A stretch of DNA of 63,981 nt, the filler included, from an uncultured Planctomycetales bacterium (GTDB lineage: Bacteria > Omnitrophota > Gorgyraeia > Gygaellales > Profunditerraquicolaceae), in NCBI GenBank assembly GCA_964487475.1. It is 7 parts of 7 records of this genome, joined end to end, with 100 filler letters (N's around TTAATTAATTAA, not from the genome) between each part and the next. Parts side by side here need not be neighbours in the genome. Positions count along the whole stretch, not along the records: positions 33,195 to 50,685 come from CAZAPM010000010.1; positions 50,786 to 53,951 come from CAZAPM010000011.1; positions 54,052 to 56,081 come from CAZAPM010000012.1; positions 56,182 to 61,008 come from CAZAPM010000027.1; 3 more parts are not named here. One strand, written 5' to 3'. A program made the translations under genes and the position numbers. Shown piece after piece: positions 48,405 to 57,783 of this stretch. Each line of letters starts with the position of its first letter. The stretch's first letter is position 1. Under the pieces are notes generated by a model. It was not told where the DNA came from. It saw only the letters and a program-made list of their open reading frames with translations, and made no database searches.

Positions 48405-48614
48405 GTGAGTAACGGATGGATGACAATTACCGACGTGGCAGACAGGATCGGCGTGACCACCAAGACGATCATGCGCTGGGAAAAGGCCGGGAAGATCGGC
48501 CCTTCCAAGAGGGACTGGCGCGGATGGCGGGTTTACGACCGTAATGATCTGAAGAAACTGAAGGAATTCAAGGAGACCATTGTTGAGGTTTCCAGGGAGA
48601 CGGTCAATGCGTAA
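48405..48614 (+). CDS. Small MerR-like wHTH protein (BldC/Xis-like)
   Basis: MTITDVADRIGVTTKTIMRWEKAGKI...RDWRGWRVY; AGGAGG RBS; no effector domain. Confidence 0.9.
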   Translation: MSNGWMTITDVADRIGVTTKTIMRWEKAGKIGPSKRDWRGWRVYDRNDLKKLKEFKETIVEVSRETVNA

Positions 48615-49461
48615 TATTGTGCTTACCTTATTAATAGGGCTGCTCTTTGCCTGCTTTGTGGCGTTCGCCTTTGCGGCTGATGCTGCGCCGGCTGTTCAGG
48701 GAAAAGAAGAGGTCAAAGATTATACCGCCGAGATGTCCGGTTCTGCTCCTAAAGAGCTTGCTATAACCGAAGTCAAGCCCCTGCCGGCCGGGACGACTCC
48801 TGCGGAGGCAGTAGCTGCGAGTGAGACCTCCGGGTCATCCGCTTTCGACCCGGTCAAGTACACTCTGGGCGCCGATGACGTCATCGAGATCAATGTCATG
48901 CGCCATCCCGAGTTCAGCGGTGATTTTATTGTGAACCAGGAGAGCAAGATCCAGTTCAAGTTCATCGGCGACTTGGACGTCAACGGCCTTACCAAGAAAC
49001 AGGTGGAGGAGAAGATCGTCAACGCTCTTTCCGGTTTCATCAAGAACCCCGAGGTCAACGTCACCATCAAGGAGTACAAGAGCAAGTATATCCTGGTGAT
49101 CGGGGAGGTAGGCACCCCCGGCCGTTATTACATCCGTGCCGAGGAGATCCCGGTGCGCGATGCGATCGTGGCCGCCGGGTTGCCTTTGCAGTCCGCCGCC
49201 ATGCGCAAAGCGCAGATCATCACCCCCGGCCCGCGCGGCAGGAAACAGGTCAAGAAGGTCAATCTTTACGAGCTTTTGTACGCCGGTGACTTGAGCGAGA
49301 ACGTCAAAATGCGGCCGGGCGAGATCCTCTATGTCCCTTCGACCATCATGGCGAAGGTGGTCAGGGTGATCAATCCCGTTGCTTCGACCATCGGTGTTGC
49401 GTCTTCCGGGCCGACCCAGGCCGGCAGCGCCAAGACCGCGGTGGATACCATTGCGCGATAA
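48607..49461 (+). CDS. Polysaccharide export protein (Wza/Poly_export + SLBB)
   Basis: Signal peptide; YTLGADDVIEI, IGEVGTPG, MRPGEILYVP. Confidence 0.9.
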   Translation: MRNIVLTLLIGLLFACFVAFAFAADAAPAVQGKEEVKDYTAEMSGSAPKELAITEVKPLPAGTTPAEAVAASETSGSSAFDPVKYTLGADDVIEINVMRHPEFSGDFIVNQESKIQFKFIGDLDVNGLTKKQVEEKIVNALSGFIKNPEVNVTIKEYKSKYILVIGEVGTPGRYYIRAEEIPVRDAIVAAGLPLQSAAMRKAQIITPGPRGRKQVKKVNLYELLYAGDLSENVKMRPGEILYVPSTIMAKVVRVINPVASTIGVASSGPTQAGSAKTAVDTIAR

Positions 49462-49486
49462 CCAGACTACTAACGAAGAGGGCTTC

Positions 49487-50685
49487 ATGAGCGAACAGGA
49501 AACACCGATCACAAGGAACCCGGCGGACTACCTGAAGATGTTCTTCCGCCGCAAGTGGCTTTTTGCGGGCGCGGGGTACGTCGGCCTGATGGCGGGGATT
49601 TTCGCCGCGTTGCTGCTTCCGCCCAAGTACCAGTCCTCGACCGTGATCCTGGTCGAAGAGGAGAAGGTGATCAACCCCCTGATCGAGGGGCTGGCGGTCT
49701 CCACCAACCTGGCGCAGAGGATGCGCAACATCCGCGAGCAGATATTGAGCTGGACGAGCCTGCTGGAGTTGACCAAAAAGCTGAATCTGGCGCGTAGCGT
49801 GCAGAACCAGCAGCAGTTCGAAGACCTGATCATGGGGCTGCGCAAGAACATAGACGTCAAAGTGAGAGGCACGAACCTGGTGCAGATCGTATATACGGGA
49901 TCGAACCCCAAGGAAACCCAGCTCATCGCGCAGACCATCACCGACGTGTTGATCGAAGAGAACATCAAATCCCAGTCCCGCGAAACGGACGTAGCCATCA
50001 ATTTCATCCAGGACCAGCTCGCGGTGTACAAGCGTAAGATCAAGGAATCCGAGATCGCGGAGATCGAGGATAAGCTTAATACCCTGTTGGCTGATTCCAC
50101 GGAAGCGCACCCGCTGGTCAAAGACCTGCGCACGCAGCTTAACATCAAGAAGAAGGAGCTGGAGACCGGGCAGTATGAGGTGAAGATCGCGGGCACCGAG
50201 ATCAAGGGTGAGGTGTATGACGAGCTGCGCAAGGAGCTCGATCAGATCACGGTTACGGGCAAGGCTCCCACCACCGGCCCGCTCTCTTATGCGTACGGGG
50301 ATAAGGATGCGGCCAAGGGGGAGAAGGACCCGACCGCCACCATGTACAAGCTCATGGTACTGGATAAGCTCGATGCTTCCATGGCGCGGGATATGAAGGT
50401 CAACGAGAACATCTATAACCTCCTCCTGCAGAAGTTGGAGACCGCCAAGATCACCCAGCGGCTGGAAGTGTCCAAGGAAGGCACCCGTTACCGGATCATC
50501 GATCCCGCGCGTTTGCCACTTAAGGCGGCCAAGCCGGACAAGCTGTTGATCACGCTGATGGGCCTGTTCGGCGGTTTGGCGATCGGGGTAGGGTTGATCT
50601 TCATTCGGGAGTTCATGGACCAGTCGGTGCTGGATATCGAGGATGCCAAGCGCACTTTCGATCTGCCTATCCTGGGCGCGATCTC
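49487..50685 (+). CDS. Polysaccharide chain-length determinant (Wzz/GumC-like), cut by contig end
   Basis: DYLKMFFRRKW, TEAHPLV, IIDPARLP, second TM, LPILGAI. Confidence 0.88.
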
Positions 50686-50785
50686 NNNNNNNNNNNNNNN
50701 NNNNNNNNNNNNNNNNNNNNNNNNNNNNNTTAATTAATTAANNNNNNNNNNNNNNNNNNNNNNNNNNNNNNNNNNNNNNNNNNNN
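50686..50785. other. Artificial contig linker
   Basis: N run containing TTAATTAATTAA. Confidence 0.98.
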
Positions 50786-51124
50786 GACCCGGCGAATGCG
50801 ATCTATCAGCAGAGACTGGGAGCGGCGCTGGCGGCGCAGGGAAATCATTCCCGGGCGCGGGAGAGTTTCGCCAAAGCGCTGGCATTGGACCCCCTTAATA
50901 TCAGCCTGCATATCTTTATGGCGAATTATTATCTGGGATTGAAGGAGCAGGACCTTTTCGATGAGTATTATGATAAGACGGTGGACCTGTACCGGGCTTC
51001 CCGCGTGCAGGGAGGGCCGGTGACGGAGGTCTTCACCGAGTTCATGAACGGGCTGGGGCGGCAGGAAGAGCTCTCCCGTATCCATGCTGAGATGGCGCAG
51101 CAGGGTAAGGAAAGGATGAAATGA
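50786..51124 (+). CDS. TPR-containing protein, 3' part
   Basis: DPANAIYQQRLGAALAAQG...ARESFAKALALDP TPR pattern. Confidence 0.7.
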   Translation, partial: DPANAIYQQRLGAALAAQGNHSRARESFAKALALDPLNISLHIFMANYYLGLKEQDLFDEYYDKTVDLYRASRVQGGPVTEVFTEFMNGLGRQEELSRIHAEMAQQGKERMK

Positions 51125-52218
51125 AGATACTGGTGGTTGGCGCCGGGCCGGTGGGGTGTTACACCGCCCAGCTGTTGAAGCAGAATGGTTTTGCCGACGT
51201 CACGGTGCTGGAGGAGCATGCCGAGATCGGCCGGCCGGTGCATTGCGCCGGATTGGTGAGCGCGCAGGTGCTCGACGAGCTGCGTTTCCCCCTGCCGCAG
51301 GATATCGTGCTCAACCGCATAGACGGGGCGCAGTTCTTCCTCAACGGCGAGAGTTTCACCATCAAGCGGGATAAGGTCGCGGTGGTCATAGACCGGGAGA
51401 AGTTCGACCGGGCGCTGGGAGAAGGGCTGCAGGTGCGCTGTAATACCCGTTTCATGGGGCTGGAGCGGGAAGGGGAAGGATATCTGGTCGAGACCGAGGA
51501 AGGGGAATTCTACGCCGATATCGTCATCGGCGCGAACGGCGCGTCCTCCTCGCTGCGCAAGGCCATGGGGATGAAGGAGCAGGTGGAGATCCTGCGCGGG
51601 GTACAGTTCCGCATCCGGCATGAGGAGTGCATCCGCCAGTATGTGGAAGTGTACCTGAAAAAACATTTCTTCGCCTGGATCATCCCGGAGCATCCCGGGG
51701 TGGCGCGCGTAGGCATCATCTCGGACAATCCGTATCACGACCTCCTGGATTTTATGAAGGAAAAGAATATCAGCGCCTCCGAGGTGCTGGAGAAGTACGG
51801 GGGAGTGGTGCCGGTGGGGGAATGCCAGACCCAGAAGGAGAAGGTCTTTCTGGTCGGGGATGCCGCCTGCCAGATGAAGCCGTTGACCTACGGAGGCATC
51901 TATTACGGGATGCGCTGCGCGGAGATCCTGGTGGAGTGCATTGCCCAGGGCGCGTATGACGAGTATGACCGCCGCTGGAGGCAGCGTTTCGATCACGAGA
52001 TCAAGACCGCGTTGAAAATAAAGAAGATCTATTCCTGTTTGAGCCCGGATAACATCGCCGGGATATTCCGGTTCTTCAAGAAGAACAGCGCCTTGCTCGA
52101 GCAGTACGGGGATTTCGAGAACCACTCGCGCACGTTATCCCTTATCTTCAGCAAGACCAAACTGCCGATGTTCATGGCCAGGATGCTGCTGGGGATACTC
52201 AAGGACATACATTTTTAG
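51121..52218 (+). CDS. Geranylgeranyl-reductase-family FAD oxidoreductase
   Basis: GAGPVG, P.HCAGLVS, DREKFD, FAWIIP, VGDAACQMKP.T.GGI. Confidence 0.85.
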   Translation: MKILVVGAGPVGCYTAQLLKQNGFADVTVLEEHAEIGRPVHCAGLVSAQVLDELRFPLPQDIVLNRIDGAQFFLNGESFTIKRDKVAVVIDREKFDRALGEGLQVRCNTRFMGLEREGEGYLVETEEGEFYADIVIGANGASSSLRKAMGMKEQVEILRGVQFRIRHEECIRQYVEVYLKKHFFAWIIPEHPGVARVGIISDNPYHDLLDFMKEKNISASEVLEKYGGVVPVGECQTQKEKVFLVGDAACQMKPLTYGGIYYGMRCAEILVECIAQGAYDEYDRRWRQRFDHEIKTALKIKKIYSCLSPDNIAGIFRFFKKNSALLEQYGDFENHSRTLSLIFSKTKLPMFMARMLLGILKDIHF

Positions 52219-52229
52219 GGGAAACGCAT

Positions 52230-53345
52230 ATGCTTTGGCTTTCCACCGGGTTCCTGGGGCAGCGCTACGGCCAGCAGAACTACGAGCGGGCGTTCTTCGA
52301 GGAGTGGAGAGGCTCGTGTACCGCGCATGCGGCGGTGATGCTGCTCAACGACCGTGATGCCGCCGGGTATGCCGCCAAGTTCCCCGGGGTGCGGTTTTAC
52401 TGTTTCGGGATCAGGCCCCGTTGGCTGGGCAAACTGTTCTTTTCCTGTGCCGCGGTCGCCTATACCCTCATCCGCCGGCCGGAAAGGATCGTCTGCGGGC
52501 ATATGAACCTTTCTTTCTTGTGCGTGTTACTGCGGGCCGTGACCGCAACGCCGTACGTGCTGTTGACCTACGGGATCGACGTCTGGAGCGATCTTTCTGC
52601 GGCGCGAGCCCGGGCCGTGCGCGGGGCGCAGGCGCTGGCTACCATGAGCGCGTATACCGGCGCGTTCCTCGAACGGCTGGCTCCCGGAGCGAAAGGTAAG
52701 ACCACGGTGGTGCCGGGCTTTTTCGACGAGGCGTTGTTCGTCCGAGGCCCAAAGCCCGCGGCGCTGCGCGCCAGGCTCGGTCTCGAGGGCAGGCGGGTGA
52801 TCCTGACGGTGGCGCGGCTTTCCCGGGGCGAGAATAAGGGGTACCGGCAGGTGCTGGAAACGCTGCCGGCAGTGCTTGCCCGGGTGCCGGATGCCGCCTA
52901 TCTGATCGTAGGGGGAGGGGACGAAGCGGAAGCGCTGCGTGCGCGCGCCGGAGAGCTCGGGGTCAAAGAACGTCTGGTGCTGGCGGGTTTCGTGGCGCAC
53001 GAGGATCTTCCGGAATATTACCGGCTGGCGGATGTGTTCGTGATGCCTTCGGCGCAGGAGGGGTTCGGATTGGTGTTCGTCGAGGCGCTCGCCTGCGGTT
53101 GTCCGGTGGTGGCGGGTAACGGGGACGGCGCGTCCGAGGCGCTGGGGCAGGGCAGGCTCGGGGTCCTGGTCGACCCTAAGGATACCTCCGCGATCGCGCG
53201 GGCCGTGATCGACGTGCTGTGCGGGAAGGCCGAGCCGCACCTGACCGATCCCGGCGCGCTGCGCGAAGGGGTGCGGGCGGAATTCTCCCGCGGGGCCTTT
53301 TCCCGCCGGGTCAACTCATTCATGGAGCGGATACAGCGGGTTTAA
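52230..53345 (+). CDS. Glycosyltransferase family 4
   Basis: LTVARL...NKG, EGFGLVFVEALACG. Confidence 0.92.
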   Translation: MLWLSTGFLGQRYGQQNYERAFFEEWRGSCTAHAAVMLLNDRDAAGYAAKFPGVRFYCFGIRPRWLGKLFFSCAAVAYTLIRRPERIVCGHMNLSFLCVLLRAVTATPYVLLTYGIDVWSDLSAARARAVRGAQALATMSAYTGAFLERLAPGAKGKTTVVPGFFDEALFVRGPKPAALRARLGLEGRRVILTVARLSRGENKGYRQVLETLPAVLARVPDAAYLIVGGGDEAEALRARAGELGVKERLVLAGFVAHEDLPEYYRLADVFVMPSAQEGFGLVFVEALACGCPVVAGNGDGASEALGQGRLGVLVDPKDTSAIARAVIDVLCGKAEPHLTDPGALREGVRAEFSRGAFSRRVNSFMERIQRV

Positions 53346-53353
53346 CGATACGC

Positions 53354-53951
53354 ATGAAGATACTGCTGGCAGGCCATTTTTTCCCGGGATCACCCGAGGC
53401 GTATTATGCCCGGGCTTTCTCCCAGCTCGGAGCCAAGGTGCGGAGGTTCGATTTCGGGTTCCCCTGGGATGCGGCGCATCTGCTGCTGGAGCCGTTCTTC
53501 AACCATGCCTGTCTGAAAGCCTACCGGGAATTCGCCCCCGATCTGGTGCTGGTGTGCACGGGAAGCAATATCCGGCCCGAGACGATATCCAGGATGAAGC
53601 GCGAGGGGCGCGCGCAGCTCTTCTGCCTGCTCCAGGACAATCCTTTCATTTCCCTGGCTTCCGATCCCGCCCGTTTCTATGCCACGCAGGCCATCCCCTA
53701 TTACGATTGCTGTTTCTCCTGGTCCGCGATACTGCTCAAGGAACTTTATACCCGGGGTGCGGTCAGGGCCAGCGCGCTTGCCTTCGGGTACGACCCGTTC
53801 ATCCACCGTCCGCTGCCACTGCCGGAAAAGGGGGCGGGCGCCTATGAGGCCGGGATAGTGTTCTCCGGAGAATGGGAACCGCAGAAGGAGCGCTGGCTTT
53901 CCGCGCTCGAAGGGCTGCCTTTGCGCATCTGGGGCCCGGCTACCTGGGGCC
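53354..53951 (+). CDS. CgeB-like glycosyltransferase, 5' part
   Basis: PDLVL, DNPF, YDCCFS, FGYDP..HRP, VFSG.W. Confidence 0.7.
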
Positions 53952-54051
53952 NNNNNNNNNNNNNNNNNNNNNNNNNNNNNNNNNNNNNNNNNNNNTTAAT
54001 TAATTAANNNNNNNNNNNNNNNNNNNNNNNNNNNNNNNNNNNNNNNNNNNN
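53952..54051. other. Artificial contig linker
   Basis: N run containing TTAATTAATTAA. Confidence 0.98.
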
Positions 54052-54416
54052 TACTCCTCCTTGACCGCCGCCGCCAGGATCACGCCCACGAACTCGACGG
54101 GCACCTGGTTGGTATATCCCATCTCCGACTTCGCGATCTCGAAGATGAACGCGCCGGCATTGTTCTTCTTGGCCACGCGGAACATCGCGCGCGCCAGATC
54201 GAAGGTCATGCTGCGCAGATTGATCGCCGGCACGGTGAACCCGCTCCATGCGCCCTTACCGCGGGCGATGTAAAGCTCGTGGATGCTGGCCGGGTATACG
54301 CCTTTCTTATACGCTATATCGAGGATCTTCTTATGCAGCTCTTTCTTCGCGGCTGCGTCATCCGTCATGATCAGTTCCATGGCGATCTTTTCAATGTCAG
54401 TCGGTCTTCTTCCCAT
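54052..54416 (-). CDS. Class II fructose-bisphosphate aldolase (long type), 5' part
   Basis: PASIHELY, FTVPAINLR, FEIAKSEMGYT; follows pfkA. Confidence 0.8.
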
Positions 54417-54431
54417 TTCTTCCTCCGTACG

Positions 54432-55391
54432 TCAGGTTAGTTTTTTGATGAGTCCGTACATCGCTTCGTAATCGAACTGCTTCCTCTCCAACGCCAGCGA
54501 AAGGTCCACCAGCGTGATCGTCCCCTTATTATACGCCACCGCCTTGCCCGCGTGGCCTTCCCGCAGCGCTTCCACCGCCGCCGTGCCCAGGATCAGCCCC
54601 ATGCGCCGGCTGAACGCCGTAGGCCTTCCTCCCCGCTGGATGTGCCCCAGCACCACCGAGCGCGTCTCCAGGCTGGTGAGCTCCGTGATCTGCCGGCAGA
54701 CATCCTCGGCTTTCCCCGCCCCCTCGGCCAGCACGATGATCCAGCTGATCTTGCCCCGGATATTGCCGTTGACGATATCATGGCACATCTTCTCCATGTG
54801 ATACGGCATCTCGGGGATGAGCACGTCCTCACACCCGCCTTCCAGCGCCACCTGCAGCGCGATATAACCGCACTCCCGGCCCATCACCTCCACCACGAAC
54901 ACCCGCTCCATGGAAGTGGCGGTATCCCGGATATTATCGATCGCAGTCAGCGCGGTGTTGACCGCGGTATCCGCGCCAATAGTGATATCTACGCCGTTGA
55001 TATCGTTATCGATGGATGCCGGCACGCCTATCACCGGCACGCCGAATTTCCTGCCGAAATCGTGGCCCGCGGTGAAACTGCCGTTGCCGCCGATGACCAC
55101 CAGCCCCTCCACGCCGTGCTTGAGGATCGTCGCGTGCGCCCGGCGCTGGCCTTCTTCGGTATGGAACTCGGGACAACGGGCGGTCTTTAAGATCGTACCG
55201 CCCTGGTTGATGATACCGGAGACCGACCGGTGGTCGAGGAGCTTCAACTCCTCGTTGATCAGTCCCCACCAGCCCCGGAACACCCCCATCACTTCCAGTT
55301 TATGATACGATGCACTGCGCACCACCGCCCGCACCGCCGGGTTCATGCCCGGCGCGTCGCCACCGGCGGTCAGCACCGCGATCCTTTTCAT
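54432..55391 (-). CDS. pfkA: ATP-dependent 6-phosphofructokinase
   Basis: GGDAPGMN, GGTILKTAR, SIDND, VMGR, LGHIQRGG. Confidence 0.96.
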   Translation of the reverse strand: MKRIAVLTAGGDAPGMNPAVRAVVRSASYHKLEVMGVFRGWWGLINEELKLLDHRSVSGIINQGGTILKTARCPEFHTEEGQRRAHATILKHGVEGLVVIGGNGSFTAGHDFGRKFGVPVIGVPASIDNDINGVDITIGADTAVNTALTAIDNIRDTATSMERVFVVEVMGRECGYIALQVALEGGCEDVLIPEMPYHMEKMCHDIVNGNIRGKISWIIVLAEGAGKAEDVCRQITELTSLETRSVVLGHIQRGGRPTAFSRRMGLILGTAAVEALREGHAGKAVAYNKGTITLVDLSLALERKQFDYEAMYGLIKKLT

Positions 55392-55397
55392 GCCTCG

Positions 55398-56081
55398 TTA
55401 CTCCTTCCTGCGGAAGAGCCCGAAAAACCTGCGCAACAGCCACCAGGCTGCGGCCAGCAGTGCCAGCGTCCAGAATATCCTGACCACGGCACTGGCCTGC
55501 AGCGCTCCGTACACGTACCAGAAGGTCAGTTGCGGCGTTTCCTTGTCCGTCACCAGAAGCTTGGTGAAGGTCAGCAGCTTTCCCTCCTGAGGGATATCGA
55601 TCTTGATCGGCAGCACGCCTTTCCCGTAGGATTCGCGCGGCGCCGCGGATTGCACTTCATAGGAAACCAACTGATCGGACATCCGGCTTAAGGCCTGCTT
55701 CATCACCATACCGTCGGCGCGCCCGCCCTGCCGGCGGCCCCACGACGCGTCCTTGGAAGGCTTGACCGTGCCTCCGAAATGCAGGTACGCGAACTCCCTC
55801 GGCAGGAAGATGCTCCAGCGCAGAGAGCTCGACGGAAGGTCGATGCGCGGCAACTTCAGCGCCCGGCCTCCGAACGCCGCGAATTTCTTGCCCTCGGCCG
55901 CATATACCACTTCCACCGGGAAACGGGTCAGGTCCTCGCCGCTTAACTGGGACTTCTCCAGCGGGACCAGGATGCTGCCTTCCTTATTCTTGGCCGGCTT
56001 CACCGGCTTACCCGCCACGAACACGCTCCAGAGAGAAGCCCCTTCGGGCAGATCGAGGTGCAGAAACTGTTTGACGTTGTT
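55398..56081 (-). CDS. Hypothetical membrane-anchored protein, 3' part
   Basis: Open frame from the contig end; beta-rich domain then C-terminal TM and basic tail. Confidence 0.6.
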   Translation of the reverse strand, partial: NNVKQFLHLDLPEGASLWSVFVAGKPVKPAKNKEGSILVPLEKSQLSGEDLTRFPVEVVYAAEGKKFAAFGGRALKLPRIDLPSSSLRWSIFLPREFAYLHFGGTVKPSKDASWGRRQGGRADGMVMKQALSRMSDQLVSYEVQSAAPRESYGKGVLPIKIDIPQEGKLLTFTKLLVTDKETPQLTFWYVYGALQASAVVRIFWTLALLAAAWWLLRRFFGLFRRKE

Positions 56082-56181
56082 NNNNNNNNNNNNNNNNNNN
56101 NNNNNNNNNNNNNNNNNNNNNNNNNTTAATTAATTAANNNNNNNNNNNNNNNNNNNNNNNNNNNNNNNNNNNNNNNNNNNN
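56082..56181. other. Artificial contig linker
   Basis: N run containing TTAATTAATTAA. Confidence 0.98.
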
Positions 56182-56182
56182 G

Positions 56183-56479
56183 CATCATGCGCATCAGGAG
56201 CTGGTCAAGGGGATCACCACGGAGTTCTCCGGCCGCGCCCTGGCCGCGATCGAGGTGGCGCACTGGTTCGAGAACGTGCTTATCCTCGGGTTCGTCTACC
56301 TCTTTTTCGCCGCGCAGCCGCTGCTGGCGGTCGCGGCGGCGCTGCTGGCGTACTTCGCGGCCATCCTTGTGGATAATACCTTTGCCCGGTTCAAATGGCA
56401 GCTTGCCCTGGCGAGTTCCTGGGGGGTGGCGCTGGTCTTCGGTTTGGGCAATATCATGGTTCTCTATTTCGCGCAATGA
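56183..56479 (+). CDS. EchB/NuoH-like membrane subunit, 3' part
   Basis: HHAHQELVKGITTEFSG...AHWFE...DNTFARFKW. Confidence 0.85.
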   Translation, partial: HHAHQELVKGITTEFSGRALAAIEVAHWFENVLILGFVYLFFAAQPLLAVAAALLAYFAAILVDNTFARFKWQLALASSWGVALVFGLGNIMVLYFAQ

Positions 56480-56496
56480 CGGAGCTTTAAGGTAAA

Positions 56497-57408
56497 ATGC
56501 CATTTTTCAAGAGATCACCCTGGGTCATCCATTACGACGGTTCGAGCTGCAACGGCTGCGATATCGAGGTGCTGGCTGCGCTGATGCCCCGTTTCGACGT
56601 GGAGCGGCTGGGGATCGTCAACACCGGCAATCCTAAGCATGCGGATATTTTCCTGATCACCGGCTGCATCAACGAGCAGAACCGGGAGGTGGTGCAGAAC
56701 ATCTACGAGCAGATGCCCGACCCGAAAGTGGTGGTGGCGGTGGGTATCTGCGCGACCTCGGGCGGGATCTTCGCCGAGTGCTATAACGTCATGGGCGGGG
56801 TGGATAAGGTGCTGCCCGTGGACGTCTACGTGCCGGGATGCGCGGCGCGTCCGGAGTCGATCATCGACGGCGTGGTCAAGGCCCTCGGCGTGCTGGAGGC
56901 CAAGCGCAGCCGGATGAACAAGATGGAGTCGGGGGAGTTGTACCTTTCCATCGAGCCGGCCAAGCCGGAGGATGCTCCGGAGATCCTCGCGCTGCAGAAG
57001 CTGGCGTACCAGAGCGAGGCGGAACTTTACAAGGATTTCTCCCTTTCGCCCCTTCGCCAGACCCTGGAGGAGATGACGCAGGATCTTTCCCGCATGACCT
57101 TCCTCAAGGCGGTGATGGACGGCAAGATCGTCGGTTCCGTGCGGGCGTACCAGGAGGGGGATTCCTGTTACATCAGCCGGCTGATCGTGCACCCGGTGTA
57201 CCAGAACCAGGGGATCGGGCATAAACTCATGCAGCAGATCGAGGCGGCGTTCCCGCAGGTTTCCCGGTATGAGGGGTTTGCCGGGCACAAGAGCAAGCGC
57301 AACGTGGATTTTTACCAGCGCTTAGGGTACGTCCGCTTCAAACGGGAGAAGATCTCGGAGAAACGCGAGCGCATTTATCTGGAAAAGAAAGTGGAGAGGA
57401 ACCCATGA
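56497..57408 (+). CDS. EchC/NuoB-like hydrogenase small subunit fused to a C-terminal GNAT acetyltransferase
   Basis: SCNGCDIE, GICA..GG, PGCAARPE in aa 1-135; from ~aa 150 EILALQKLAYQSEA...IVGSVRA...VHPVYQNQGIG...FYQRLGY. Confidence 0.9.
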   Translation: MPFFKRSPWVIHYDGSSCNGCDIEVLAALMPRFDVERLGIVNTGNPKHADIFLITGCINEQNREVVQNIYEQMPDPKVVVAVGICATSGGIFAECYNVMGGVDKVLPVDVYVPGCAARPESIIDGVVKALGVLEAKRSRMNKMESGELYLSIEPAKPEDAPEILALQKLAYQSEAELYKDFSLSPLRQTLEEMTQDLSRMTFLKAVMDGKIVGSVRAYQEGDSCYISRLIVHPVYQNQGIGHKLMQQIEAAFPQVSRYEGFAGHKSKRNVDFYQRLGYVRFKREKISEKRERIYLEKKVERNP

Positions 57409-57782
57409 TCGAGGAGCAGAAGCTGGTGATGGCGGATCAAGGGGCGCTGCTGGCAAAAGCCGGCGAGTTCAAGGCGCAGGGGTGGAGGCTGGTCCAGATC
57501 GGGTGCACGCGCCTGGCGGAGAAGCTGGAGCTTAACTACTCCTTCGACAAGAACTATGAGTTCGTGAACGTGCGGGTGGAAGTCCCCCTTTCCGGCGGCT
57601 CGGTTCCCAGCATCAGTCCGGTGTATTGGGCGGCGTTCCTGTATGAGAATGAGATCAAGGACCTCTACGGCCTGGAGGTCACCGGCATGGTCATCGACTA
57701 TAAAGGCAATTTTTACCGCACCAACATCAAGGTGCCTTTCAATCCTCCTGCCGGCGGCGCAGAGAAGAAAGCGGGGGCCTGA
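57405..57782 (+). CDS. EchD/NuoC-like subunit
   Basis: RLVQI, PSIS..YW.AFLYENEIKDLYG. Confidence 0.88.
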   Translation: MIEEQKLVMADQGALLAKAGEFKAQGWRLVQIGCTRLAEKLELNYSFDKNYEFVNVRVEVPLSGGSVPSISPVYWAAFLYENEIKDLYGLEVTGMVIDYKGNFYRTNIKVPFNPPAGGAEKKAGA

Positions 57783-57783
57783 T

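Noticed and set aside
48405..48614. Prophage excisionase or integrative element
   Set aside because: No integrase, att repeats or phage genes; the ORF is coupled to EPS export genes
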